From Auanema rhodensis (taxonomy: Eukaryota > Animalia > Nematoda): a DNA stretch of 64,000 nt. The stretch spans positions 1-64,000 of the forward strand of contig CAXKVF010000076.1 of assembly GCA_964057225.1 (NCBI GenBank), given 5' to 3'. The notes under the pieces were generated by a model. That model saw nothing but the letters and a program-made list of their open reading frames with translations, was not told the origin of the DNA and did not search any database. Position numbers and translations under genes: made by a program. Position 1 is the first letter of the stretch. Each line of letters begins with the position of its first letter. Of the stretch, positions 11,292-26,215 are shown one piece after another.

Positions 11292-14200
11292 ATGTGCACT
11301 TGGTATGTAACTCGCTTCACGTGAAAGATAAAGAGATGCGGTTTTCAAAATTAGATTCCCCATGTCCATATTAGTCTAAAAACAAATTTTTATTGATATT
11401 GGTTCATGGTAACCATGACTTTGAAATTTACGTGAACTTTAATTTATGCTAATTAAATGTACACGTGATGTGCACTTGGTATGTGACTCGCTTCACGTGA
11501 AAGATAAAGAGATGCGGTTTTCAAAATTAGATTCCCCATGTCCATATTAGTCTAAAAACAAATTTTTATTGATATTGGTTCATGGTAACCATGACTTTGA
11601 AATTTACGTGAACTTTAATTTATGCTAATTAAATGTACACGTGATGTGCACTTGGTATGTGACTCGCTTCACGTGAAAGATAAAGAGATGCGGTTTTCAA
11701 AATTAGATTCCCCATGTCCATATTAGTCTAAAAACAAATTTTTATTGATATTGGTTCATGGTAACCATGACTTTGAAATTTACGTGAACTTTAATTTATG
11801 CTAATTAAATGTACACGTGATGTGCACTTGGTATGTAACTCGCTTCACGTGAAAGATAAAGAGATGCGGTTTTCAAAATTAGATTCCCCATGTCCATATT
11901 AGTCTAAAAACAAATTTTTATTGATATTGGTTAATGGTAACCATGACTTTGAAATTTACGTGAACTTTAATTTATGCTAATTAAATGTACACGTGATGTG
12001 CACTTGGTATGTAACTCGCTTCACGTGAAAGATAAAGAGATGCGGTTTTCAAAATTAGATTCCCCATGTCCATATTAGTCTAAAAACAAATTTTTATTGA
12101 TATTGGTTCATGGTAACCATGACTTTGAAATTTACGTGAACTTTAATTTATGCTAATTAAATGTACACGTGATGTGCACTTGGTATGTAACTCGCTTCAC
12201 GTGAAAGATAAAGAGATGCGGTTTTCAAAATTAGATTCCCCATGTCCATATTAGTCTAAAAACAAATTTTTATTGATATTGGTTCATGGTAACCATGACT
12301 TTGAAATTTACGTGAACTTTAATTTATGCTAATTAAATGTACACGTGATGTGCACTTGGTATGTAACTCGCTTCACGTGAAAGATAAAGAGATGCGGTTT
12401 TCAACATTAGATTCCCCATGTCCATATTAGTCTAAAAACAAATTTTTATTGATATTGGTTCATGGTAACCATGACTTTGAAATTTACGTGAACTTTAATT
12501 TATGCTAATTAAATGTACACGTGATGTGCACTTGGTATGTAACTCGCTTCACGTGAAAGATAAAGAGATGCGGTTTTCAAAATTAGATTCCCCATGTCCA
12601 TATTAGTCTAAAAACAAATTTTTATTGATATTGGTTCATGGTAACCATGACTTTGAAATTTACGTGAACTTTAATTTATGCTAATTAAATGTACACGTGA
12701 TGTGCACTTGGTATGTAACTCGCTTCACGTGAAAGATAAAGAGATGCGGTTTTCAAAATTAGATTCCCCATGTCCATATTAGTCTAAAAACAAATTTTTA
12801 TTGATATTGGTTCATGGTAACCATGACTTTGAAATTTACGTGAACTTTAATTTATGCTAATTAAATGTACACGTGATGTGCACTTGGTATGTGACTCGCT
12901 TCACGTGAAAGATAAAGAGATGCGGTTTTCAAAATTAGATTCCCCATGTCCATATTAGTCTAAAAACAAATTTTTATTGATATTGGTTAATGGTAACCAT
13001 GACTTTGAAATTTACGTGAACTTTAATTTATGCTAATTAAATGTACACGTGATGTGCACTTGGTATGTAACTCGCTTCACGTGAAAGATAAAGAGATGCG
13101 GTTTTCAAAATTAGATTCCCCATGTCCATATTAGTCTAAAAACAAATTTTTATTGATATTGGTTCATGGTAACCATGACTTTGAAATTTACGTGAACTTT
13201 AATTTATGCTAATTAAATGTACACGTGATGTGCACTTGGTATGTAACTCGCTTCACGTGAAAGATAAAGAGATGCGGTTTTCAAAATTAGATTCCCCATG
13301 TCCATATTAGTCTAAAAACAAATTTTTATTGATATTGGTTCATGGTAACCATGACTTTGAAATTTACGTGAACTTTAATTTATGCTAATTAAATGTACAC
13401 GTGATGTGCACTTGGTATGTAACTCGCTTCACGTGAAAGATAAAGAGATGCGGTTTTCAAAATTAGATTCCCCATGTCCATATTAGTCTAAAAACAAATT
13501 TTTATTGATATTGGTTCATGGTAACCATGACTTTGAAATTTACGTGAACTTTAATTTATGCTAATTAAATGTACACGTGATGTGCACTTGGTATGTAACT
13601 CGCTTCACGTGAAAGATAAAGAGATGCGGTTTTCAAAATTAGATTCCCCATGTCCATATTAGTCTAAAAACAAATTTTTATTGATATTGGTTAATGGTAA
13701 CCATGACTTTGAAATTTACGTGAACTTTAATTTATGCTAATTAAATGTACACGTGATGTGCACTTGGTATGTAACTCGCTTCACGTGAAAGATAAAGAGA
13801 TGCGGTTTTCAAAATTAGATTCCCCATGTCCATATTAGTCTAAAAACAAATTTTTATTGATATTGGTTCATGGTAACCATGACTTTGAAATTTACGTGAA
13901 CTTTAATTTATGCTAATTAAATGTACACGTGATGTGCACTTGGTATGTAACTCGCTTCACGTGAAAGATAAAGAGATGCGGTTTTCAAAATTAGATTCCC
14001 CATGTCCATATTAGTCTAAAAACAAATTTTTATTGATATTGGTTCATGGTAACCATGACTTTGAAATTTACGTGAACTTTAATTTATGCTAATTAAATGT
14101 ACACGTGATGTGCACTTGGTATGTAACTCGCTTCACGTGAAAGATAAAGAGATGCGGTTTTCAAAATTAGATTCCCCATGTCCATATTAGTCTAAAAACA

Positions 14201-17200
14201 AATTTTTATTGATATTGGTTCATGGTAACCATGACTTTGAAATTTACGTGAACTTTAATTTATGCTAATTAAATGTACACGTGATGTGCACTTGGTATGT
14301 AACTCGCTTCACGTGAAAGATAAAGAGATGCGGTTTTCAAAATTAGATTCCCCATGTCCATATTAGTCTAAAAACAAATTTTTATTGATATTGGTTAATG
14401 GTAACCATGACTTTGAAATTTACGTGAACTTTAATTTATGCTAATTAAATGTACACGTGATGTGCACTTGGTATGTAACTCGCTTCACGTGAAAGATAAA
14501 GAGATGCGGTTTTCAAAATTAGATTCCCCATGTCCATATTAGTCTAAAAACAAATTTTTATTGATATTGGTTCATGGTAACCATGACTTTGAAATTTACG
14601 TGAACTTTAATTTATGCTAATTAAATGTACACGTGATGTGCACTTGGTATGTGACTCGCTTCACGTGAAAGATAAAGAGATGCGGTTTTCAAAATTAGAT
14701 TCCCCATGTCCATATTAGTCTAAAAACAAATTTTTATTGATATTGGTTAATGGTAACCATGACTTTGAAATTTACGTGAACTTTAATTTATGCTAATTAA
14801 ATGTACACGTGATGTGCACTTGGTATGTAACTCGCTTCACGTGAAAGATAAAGAGATGCGGTTTTCAAAATTAGATTCCCCATGTCCATATTAGTCTAAA
14901 AACAAATTTTTATTGATATTGGTTCATGGTAACCATGACTTTGAAATTTACGTGAACTTTAATTTATGCTAATTAAATGTACACGTGATGTGCACTTGGT
15001 ATGTAACTCGCTTCACGTGAAAGATAAAGAGATGCGGTTTTCAAAATTAGATTCCCCATGTCCATATTAGTCTAAAAACAAATTTTTATTGATATTGGTT
15101 CATGGTAACCATGACTTTGAAATTTACGTGAACTTTAATTTATGCTAATTAAATGTACACGTGATGTGCACTTGGTATGTAACTCGCTTCACGTGAAAGA
15201 TAAAGAGATGCGGTTTTCAAAATTAGATTCCCCATGTCCATATTAGTCTAAAAACAAATTTTTATTGATATTGGTTCATGGTAACCATGACTTTGAAATT
15301 TACGTGAACTTTAATTTATGCTAATTAAATGTACACGTGATGTGCACTTGGTATGTAACTCGCTTCACGTGAAAGATAAAGAGATGCGGTTTTCAACATT
15401 AGATTCCCCATGTCCATATTAGTCTAAAAACAAATTTTTATTGATATTGGTTCATGGTAACCATGACTTTGAAATTTACGTGAACTTTAATTTATGCTAA
15501 TTAAATGTACACGTGATGTGCACTTGGTATGTAACTCGCTTCACGTGAAGGATAAAGAGATGCGGTTTTCAAAATTAGATTCCCCATGTCCATATTAGTC
15601 TAAAAACAAATTTTTATTGATATTGGTTCATGGTAACCATGACTTTGAAATTTACGTGAACTTTAATTTATGCTAATTAAATGTACACGTGATGTGCACT
15701 TGGTATGTAACTCGCTTCACGTGAAAGATAAAGAGATGCGGTTTTCAAAATTAGATTCCCCATGTCCATATTAGTCTAAAAACAAATTTTTATTGATATT
15801 GGTTCATGGTAACCATGACTTTGAAATTTACGTGAACTTTAATTTATGCTAATTAAATGTACACGTGATGTGCACTTGGTATGTGACTCGCTTCACGTGA
15901 AAGATAAAGAGATGCGGTTTTCAAAATTAGATTCCCCATGTCCATATTAGTCTAAAAACAAATTTTTATTGATATTGGTTAATGGTAACCATGACTTTGA
16001 AATTTACGTGAACTTTAATTTATGCTAATTAAATGTACACGTGATGTGCACTTGGTATGTAACTCGCTTCACGTGAAAGATAAAGAGATGCGGTTTTCAA
16101 AATTAGATTCCCCATGTCCATATTAGTCTAAAAACAAATTTTTATTGATATTGGTTCATGGTAACCATGACTTTGAAATTTACGTGAACTTTAATTTATG
16201 CTAATTAAATGTACACGTGATGTGCACTTGGTATGTAACTCGCTTCACGTGAAAGATAAAGAGATGCGGTTTTCAAAATTAGATTCCCCATGTCCATATT
16301 AGTCTAAAAACAAATTTTTATTGATATTGGTTCATGGTAACCATGACTTTGAAATTTACGTGAACTTTAATTTATGCTAATTAAATGTACACGTGATGTG
16401 CACTTGGTATGTAACTCGCTTCACGTGAAAGATAAAGAGATGCGGTTTTCAAAATTAGATTCCCCATGTCCATATTAGTCTAAAAACAAATTTTTATTGA
16501 TATTGGTTCATGGTAACCATGACTTTGAAATTTACGTGAACTTTAATTTATGCTAATTAAATGTACACGTGATGTGCACTTGGTATGTAACTCGCTTCAC
16601 GTGAAAGATAAAGAGATGCGGTTTTCAAAATTAGATTCCCCATGTCCATATTAGTCTAAAAACAAATTTTTATTGATATTGGTTAATGGTAACCATGACT
16701 TTGAAATTTACGTGAACTTTAATTTATGCTAATTAAATGTACACGTGATGTGCACTTGGTATGTAACTCGCTTCACGTGAAAGATAAAGAGATGCGGTTT
16801 TCAAAATTAGATTCCCCATGTCCATATTAGTCTAAAAACAAATTTTTATTGATATTGGTTCATGGTAACCATGACTTTGAAATTTACGTGAACTTTAATT
16901 TATGCTAATTAAATGTACACGTGATGTGCACTTGGTATGTAACTCGCTTCACGTGAAAGATAAAGAGATGCGGTTTTCAAAATTAGATTCCCCATGTCCA
17001 TATTAGTCTAAAAACAAATTTTTATTGATATTGGTTCATGGTAACCATGACTTTGAAATTTACGTGAACTTTAATTTATGCTAATTAAATGTACACGTGA
17101 TGTGCACTTGGTATGTAACTCGCTTCACGTGAAAGATAAAGAGATGCGGTTTTCAAAATTAGATTCCCCATGTCCATATTAGTCTAAAAACAAATTTTTA

Positions 17201-20200
17201 TTGATATTGGTTCATGGTAACCATGACTTTGAAATTTACGTGAACTTTAATTTATGCTAATTAAATGTACACGTGATGTGCACTTGGTATGTAACTCGCT
17301 TCACGTGAAAGATAAAGAGATGCGGTTTTCAAAATTAGATTCCCCATGTCCATATTAGTCTAAAAACAAATTTTTATTGATATTGGTTAATGGTAACCAT
17401 GACTTTGAAATTTACGTGAACTTTAATTTATGCTAATTAAATGTACACGTGATGTGCACTTGGTATGTAACTCGCTTCACGTGAAAGATAAAGAGATGCG
17501 GTTTTCAAAATTAGATTCCCCATGTCCATATTAGTCTAAAAACAAATTTTTATTGATATTGGTTCATGGTAACCATGACTTTGAAATTTACGTGAACTTT
17601 AATTTATGCTAATTAAATGTACACGTGATGTGCACTTGGTATGTAACTCGCTTCACGTGAAAGATAAAGAGATGCGGTTTTCAAAATTAGATTCCCCATG
17701 TCCATATTAGTCTAAAAACAAATTTTTATTGATATTGGTTCATGGTAACCATGACTTTGAAATTTACGTGAACTTTAATTTATGCTAATTAAATGTACAC
17801 GTGATGTGCACTTGGTATGTAACTCGCTTCACGTGAAAGATAAAGAGATGCGGTTTTCAAAATTAGATTCCCCATGTCCATATTAGTCTAAAAACAAATT
17901 TTTATTGATATTGGTTCATGGTAACCATGACTTTGAAATTTACGTGAACTTTAATTTATGCTAATTAAATGTACACGTGATGTGCACTTGGTATGTAACT
18001 CGCTTCACGTGAAAGATAAAGAGATGCGGTTTTCAAAATTAGATTCTTCATGTCCATATTAGTCTAAAAACAAATTTTTATTGATATTGCTTCATGGTAA
18101 CCATGACTTTGAAATTTACGTGAACTTTAATTTATGCTAATTAAATGTACACGTGATGTGCACTTGGTATGTAACTCGCTTCACGTGAAAGATAAAGAGA
18201 TGCGGTTTTCAAAATTAGATTCCCCATGTCCATATTAGTCTAAAAACAAATTTTTATTGATATTTGTGCATGGTAACCATGACTTTGAAATTTACGTGAA
18301 CTTTAATTTATGCTAATTAAATGTACACGTGATGTGCACTTGGTATGTAACTCGCTTCACGTGAAAGATAAAGAGATGCGGTTTTCAAAATTAGATTCCC
18401 CATGTCCATATTAGTCTAAAAACAAATTTTTATTGATATTAGTTCATGGTAACCATGACTTTGAAATTTACGTGAACTTTAATTTATGCTAATTAAATGT
18501 ACACGTGATGTGCACTTGGTATGTAACTCGCTTCACGTGAAAGATAAAGAGATGCGGTTTTCAAAATTAGATTCCCCATGTCCATATTAGTCTAAAAACA
18601 AATTTTTATTGATATTGGTTCATGGTAACCATGACTTTGAAATTTACGTGAACTTTAATTTATGCTAATTAAATGTACACGTGATGTGCACTTGGTATGT
18701 AACTCGCTTCACGTGAAAGATAAAGAGATGCGGTTTTCAAAATTAGATTCCCCATGTCCATATTAGTCTAAAAACAAATTTTTATTGATATTGGTTCATG
18801 GTAACCATGACTTTGAAATTTACGTGAACTTTAATTTATGCTAATTAAATGTACACGTGATGTGCACTTGGTATGTAACTCGCTTCACGTGAAAGATAAA
18901 GAGATGCGGTTTTCAAAATTAGATTCCCCATGTCCATATTAGTCTAAAAACAAATTTTTATTGATATTGGTTAATGGTAACCATGACTTTGAAATTTACG
19001 TGAACTTTAATTTATGCTAATTAAATGTACACGTGATGTGCACTTGGTATGTAACTCGCTTCACGTGAAAGATAAAGAGATGCGGTTTTCAAAATTAGAT
19101 TCCCCATGTCCATATTAGTCTAAAAACAAATTTTTATTGATATTGGTTCATGGTAACCATGACTTTGAAATTTACGTGAACTTTAATTTATGCTAATTAA
19201 ATGTACACGTGATGTGCACTTGGTATGTAACTCGCTTCACGTGAAAGATAAAGAGATGCGGTTTTCAAAATTAGATTCCCCATGTCCATATTAGTCTAAA
19301 AACAAATTTTTATTGATATTGGTTCATGGTAACCATGACTTTGAAATTTACGTGAACTTTAATTTATGCTAATTAAATGTACACGTGATGTGCACTTGGT
19401 ATGTAACTCGCTTCACGTGAAAGATAAAGAGATGCGGTTTTCAAAATTAGATTCCCCATGTCCATATTAGTCTAAAAACAAATTTTTATTGATATTGGTT
19501 CATGGTAACCATGACTTTGAAATTTACGTGAACTTTAATTTATGCTAATTAAATGTACACGTGATGTGCACTTGGTATGTAACTCGCTTCACGTGAAAGA
19601 TAAAGAGATGCGGTTTTCAAAATTAGATTCCCCATGTCCATATTAGTCTAAAAACAAATTTTTATTGATATTGGTTAATGGTAACCATGACTTTGAAATT
19701 TACGTGAACTTTTATTTATGCTAATTAAATGTACACGTGATGTGCACTTGGTATGTAACTCGCTTCACGTTAAAGATAAAGAGATGTGGTTTTCAAAATT
19801 AGATTCCCCATGTCCATATTAGTCTAAAAACAAATTTTTATTGATATTGCTTCATGGTAACCATGACTTTGAAATTTACGTGAACTTTAATTTATGCTAA
19901 TTAAATGTACACGTGATGTGCACTTGGTATGTAACTCGCTTCACGTGAAAGATAAAGAGATGCGGTTTTCAAAATTAGATTCCCCATGTCCATATTAGTC
20001 TAAAAACAAATTTTTATTGATATTGGTTCATGGTAACCATGACTTTGAAATTTACGTGAACTTTAATTTATGCTAATTAAATGTACACGTGATGTGCACT
20101 TGGTATGTAACTCGCTTCACGTGAAAGATAAAGAGATGCGGTTTTCAAAATTAGATTCTCCATGTCCATATTAGTCTAAAAACAAATTTTTATTGATATT

Positions 20201-20583
20201 GCTTCATGGTAACCATGACTTTGAAATTTACGTGAACTTTAATTTATGCTAATTAAATGTACACGTGATGTGCACTTGGTATGTAACTCGCTTCACGTGA
20301 AAGATAAAGAGATGCGGTTTTCAAAATTAGATTCCCCATGTCCATATTAGTCTAAAAACAAATTTTTATTGATATTGGTTCATGGTAACCATGACTTTGA
20401 AATTTACGTGAACTTTAATTTATGCTAATTAAATGTACACGTGATGTGCACTTGGTATGTAACTCGCTTCACGTGAAAGATAAAGAGATGCGGTTTTCAA
20501 AATTAGATTCCCCATGTCCATATTAGTCTAAAAACAAATTTTTATTGATATTGGTTCATGGTAACCATGACTTTGAAATTTAC

Positions 20584-23500
20584 GTGAACTTTAATTTATG
20601 CTAATTAAATGTACACGTGATGTGCACTTGGTATGTAACTCGCTTCACGTGAAAGATAAAGAGATGCGGTTTTCAACATTAGATTCCCCATGTCCATATT
20701 AGTCTAAAAACAAATTTTTATTGATATTGGTTCATGGTAACCATGACTTTGAAATTTACGTGAACTTTAATTTATGCTAATTAAATGTACACGTGATGTG
20801 CACTTGGTATGTAACTCGCTTCACGTGAAAGATAAAGAGATGCGGTTTTCAAAATTAGATTCCCCATGTCCATATTAGTCTAAAAACAAATTTTTATTGA
20901 TATTAGTTCATGGTAACCATGACTTTGAAATTTACGTGAACTTTAATTTATGCTAATTAAATGTACACGTGATGTGCACTTGGTATGTAACTCGCTTCAC
21001 GTGAAAGATAAAGAGATGCGGTTTTCAAAATTAGATTCCCCATGTCCATATTAGTCTAAAAACAAATTTTTATTGATATTGGTTCATGGTAACCATGACT
21101 TTGAAATTTACGTGAACTTTAATTTATGCTAATTAAATGTACACGTGATGTGCACTTGGTATGTAACTCGCTTCACGTGAAAGATAAAGAGATATGGTTT
21201 TCAAAATTAGATTCCCCATGTCCATATTAGTCTAAAAACAAATTTTTATTGATATTGCTTCATGGTAACCATGACTTTGAAATTTACGTGAACTTTAATT
21301 TATGCTAATTAAATGTACACGTGATGTGCACTTGGTATGTAACTCGCTTCACGTGAAAGATAAAGAGATGCGGTTTTCAAAATTAGATTCTCCATGTCCA
21401 TATTAGTCTAAAAACAAATTTTTATTGATATTGCTTCATGGTAACCATGACTTTGAAATTTACGTGAACTTTAATTTATGCTAATTAATTGTACACGTGA
21501 TGTGCACTTGGTATGTAACTCGCTTCACGTGAAAGATAAAGAGATGCGGTTTTCAAAATTAGATTCCCCATGTCCATATTAGTCTAAAAACAAATTTTTA
21601 TTGATATTGGTGCATGGTAACCATGACTTTGAAATTTACGTGAACTTTAATTTATGCTAATTAAATGTACACGTGATGTGCACTTGGTATGTAACTCGCT
21701 TCACGTGAAAGATAAAGAGATGCGGTTTTCAAAATTAGATTCCCCATGTCCATATTAGTCTAAAAACAAATTTTTATTGATATTGCTTCATGGTAACCAT
21801 GACTTTGAAATTTACGTGAACTTTAATTTATGCTAATTAAATGTACACGTGATGTGCACTTGGTATGTAACTCGCTTCACGTGAAAGATAAAGAGATGCG
21901 GTTTTCAAAATTAGATTCCCCATGTCCATATTAGTCTAAAAACAAATTTTTATTGATATTGGTTCATGGTAACCATGACTTTGAAATTTACGTGAACTTT
22001 AATTTATGCTAATTAAATGTACACGTGATGTGCACTTGGTATGTAACTCGCTTCACGTGAAAGATAAAGAGATGCGGTTTTCAAAATTAGATTCTCCATG
22101 TCCATATTAGTCTAAAAACAAATTTTTATTGATATTGGTTCATGGTAACCATGACTTTGAAATTTACGTGAACTTTAATTTATGCTAATTAAATGTACAC
22201 GTGATGTGCACTTGGTATGTAACTCGCTTCACGTGAAAGATAAAGAGATGCGGTTTTCAAAATTAGATTCCCCATGTCCATATTAGTCTAAAAACAAATT
22301 TTTATTGATATTGGTGCATGGTAACCATGACTTTGAAATTTACGTGAACTTTAATTTATGCTAATTAAATGTACACGTGATGTGCACTTGGTATGTAACT
22401 CGCTTCACGTGAAAGATAAAGAGATGTGGTTTTCAAAATTAGATTCCCCATGTCCATATTAGTCTAAAAACAAATTTTTATTGATATTGGTTCATGGTAA
22501 CCATGACTTTGAAATTTACGTGAACTTTAATTTATGCTAATTAAATGTACACGTGATGTGCACTTGGTATGTAACTCGCTTCACGTGAAAGATGAAGAGA
22601 TGCGGTTTTCAAAATTAGATTCCCCATGTCCATATTAGTCTAAAAACAAATTTTTATTGATATTGGTTCATGGTAACCATGACTTTGAAATTTACGTGAA
22701 CTTTAATTTATGCTAATTAAATGTACACGTGATGTGCACTTGGTATGTAACTCGCTTCACGTGAAAGATAAAGAGATGCGGTTTTCAAAATTAGATTCCC
22801 CATGTCCATATTAGTCTAAAAACAAATTTTTATTGATATTGGTGAATGGTAACCATGACTTTGAAATTTACGTGAACTTTAATTTATGCTAATTAAATGT
22901 ACACGTGATGTGCACTTGGTATGTAACTCGCTTCACGAGAAAGATAAAGAGATGCGGTTTTCAAAATTAGATTCCCCATGTCCATATTAGTCTAAAAACA
23001 AATTTTTATTGATATTAGTTCATGGTAACCATGACTTTGAAATTTACGTGAACTTTAATTTATGCTAATTAAATGTACACGTGATGTGCACTTGGTATGT
23101 AACTCGCTTCACGTGAAAGATAAAGAGATGCGGTTTTCAAAATTAGATTCCCCATGTCCATATTAGTCTAAAAACAAATTTTTATTGATATTGGTTCATG
23201 GTAACCATGACTTTGAAATTTACGTGAACTTTAATTTATGCTAATTAAATGTACACGTGATGTGCACTTGGTATGTAACTCGCTTCACGTGAAAGATAAA
23301 GAGATGTGGTTTTCAAAATTAGATTCCCCATGTCCATATTAGTCTAAAAACAAATTTTTATTGATATTGCTTCATGGTAACCATGACTTTGAAATTTACG
23401 TGAACTTTAATTTATGCTAATTAAATGTACACGTGATGTGCACTTGGTATGTAACTCGCTTCACGTGAAAGATAAAGAGATGCGGTTTTCAACATTAGAT

Positions 23501-26215
23501 TCCCCATGTCCATATTAGTCTAAAAACAAATTTTTATTGATATTGGTTCATGGTAACCATGACTTTGAAATTTACGTGAACTTTAATTTATGCTAATTAA
23601 ATGTACACGTGATGTGCACTTGGTATGTAACTCGCTTCACGTGAAAGATAAAGAGATGCGGTTTTCAAAATTAGATTCCCCATGTCCATATTAGTCTAAA
23701 AACAAATTTTTATTGATATTAGTTCATGGTAACCATGACTTTGAAATTTACGTGAACTTTAATTTATGCTAATTAAATGTACACGTGATGTGCACTTGGT
23801 ATGTAACTCGCTTCACGTGAAAGATAAAGAGATGCGGTTTTCAAAATTAGATTCCCCATGTCCATATTAGTCTAAAAACAAATTTTTATTGATATTGGTT
23901 CATGGTAACCATGACTTTGAAATTTACGTGAACTTTAATTTATGCTAATTAAATGTACACGTGATGTGCACTTGGTATGTAACTCGCTTCACGTGAAAGA
24001 TAAAGAGATATGGTTTTCAAAATTAGATTCCCCATGTCCATATTAGTCTAAAAACAAATTTTTATTGATATTGCTTCATGGTAACCATGACTTTGAAATT
24101 TACGTGAACTTTAATTTATGCTAATTAAATGTACACGTGATGTGCACTTGGTATGTAACTCGCTTCACGTGAAAGATAAAGAGATGCGGTTTTCAAAATT
24201 AGATTCTCCATGTCCATATTAGTCTAAAAACAAATTTTTATTGATATTGCTTCATGGTAACCATGACTTTGAAATTTACGTGAACTTTAATTTATGCTAA
24301 TTAATTGTACACGTGATGTGCACTTGGTATGTAACTCGCTTCACGTGAAAGATAAAGAGATGCGGTTTTCAAAATTAGATTCCCCATGTCCATATTAGTC
24401 TAAAAACAAATTTTTATTGATATTGGTGCATGGTAACCATGACTTTGAAATTTACGTGAACTTTAATTTATGCTAATTAAATGTACACGTGATGTGCACT
24501 TGGTATGTAACTCGCTTCACGTGAAAGATAAAGAGATGCGGTTTTCAAAATTAGATTCCCCATGTCCATATTAGTCTAAAAACAAATTTTTATTGATATT
24601 GCTTCATGGTAACCATGACTTTGAAATTTACGTGAACTTTAATTTATGCTAATTAAATGTACACGTGATGTGCACTTGGTATGTAACTCGCTTCACGTGA
24701 AAGATAAAGAGATGCGGTTTTCAAAATTAGATTCCCCATGTCCATATTAGTCTAAAAACAAATTTTTATTGATATTGGTTCATGGTAACCATGACTTTGA
24801 AATTTACGTGAACTTTAATTTATGCTAATTAAATGTACACGTGATGTGCACTTGGTATGTAACTCGCTTCACGTGAAAGATAAAGAGATGCGGTTTTCAA
24901 AATTAGATTCTCCATGTCCATATTAGTCTAAAAACAAATTTTTATTGATATTGGTTCATGGTAACCATGACTTTGAAATTTACGTGAACTTTAATTTATG
25001 CTAATTAAATGTACACGTGATGTGCACTTGGTATGTAACTCGCTTCACGTGAAAGATAAAGAGATGCGGTTTTCAAAATTAGATTCCCCATGTCCATATT
25101 AGTCTAAAAACAAATTTTTATTGATATTGGTGCATGGTAACCATGACTTTGAAATTTACGTGAACTTTAATTTATGCTAATTAAATGTACACGTGATGTG
25201 CACTTGGTATGTAACTCGCTTCACGTGAAAGATAAAGAGATGTGGTTTTCAAAATTAGATTCCCCATGTCCATATTAGTCTAAAAACAAATTTTTATTGA
25301 TATTGGTTCATGGTAACCATGACTTTGAAATTTACGTGAACTTTAATTTATGCTAATTAAATGTACACGTGATGTGCACTTGGTATGTAACTCGCTTCAC
25401 GTGAAAGATGAAGAGATGCGGTTTTCAAAATTAGATTCCCCATGTCCATATTAGTCTAAAAACAAATTTTTATTGATATTGGTTCATGGTAACCATGACT
25501 TTGAAATTTACGTGAACTTTAATTTATGCTAATTAAATGTACACGTGATGTGCACTTGGTATGTAACTCGCTTCACGTGAAAGATAAAGAGATGCGGTTT
25601 TCAAAATTAGATTCCCCATGTCCATATTAGTCTAAAAACAAATTTTTATTGATATTGGTGAATGGTAACCATGACTTTGAAATTTACGTGAACTTTAATT
25701 TATGCTAATTAAATGTACACGTGATGTGCACTTGGTATGTAACTCGCTTCACGAGAAAGATAAAGAGATGCGGTTTTCAAAATTAGATTCCCCATGTCCA
25801 TATTAGTCTAAAAACAAATTTTTATTGATATTAGTTCATGGTAACCATGACTTTGAAATTTACGTGAACTTTAATTTATGCTAATTAAATGTACACGTGA
25901 TGTGCACTTGGTATGTAACTCGCTTCACGTGAAAGATAAAGAGATGCGGTTTTCAAAATTAGATTCCCCATGTCCATATTAGTCTAAAAACAAATTTTTA
26001 TTGATATTGGTTCATGGTAACCATGACTTTGAAATTTACGTGAACTTTAATTTATGCTAATTAAATGTACACGTGATGTGCACTTGGTATGTAACTCGCT
26101 TCACGTGAAAGATAAAGAGATGTGGTTTTCAAAATTAGATTCCCCATGTCCATATTAGTCTAAAAACAAATTTTTATTGATATTGCTTCATGGTAACCAT
26201 GACTTTGAAATTTAC
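20584..26215. repeat. Tandem duplication of a 16-monomer block (2 x 2816 bp)
   Basis: Rare variants recur at +2816: CAACATT 20674/23490, GATATGG 21191/24007, CACGAGA 22934/25750. Confidence 0.93.
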
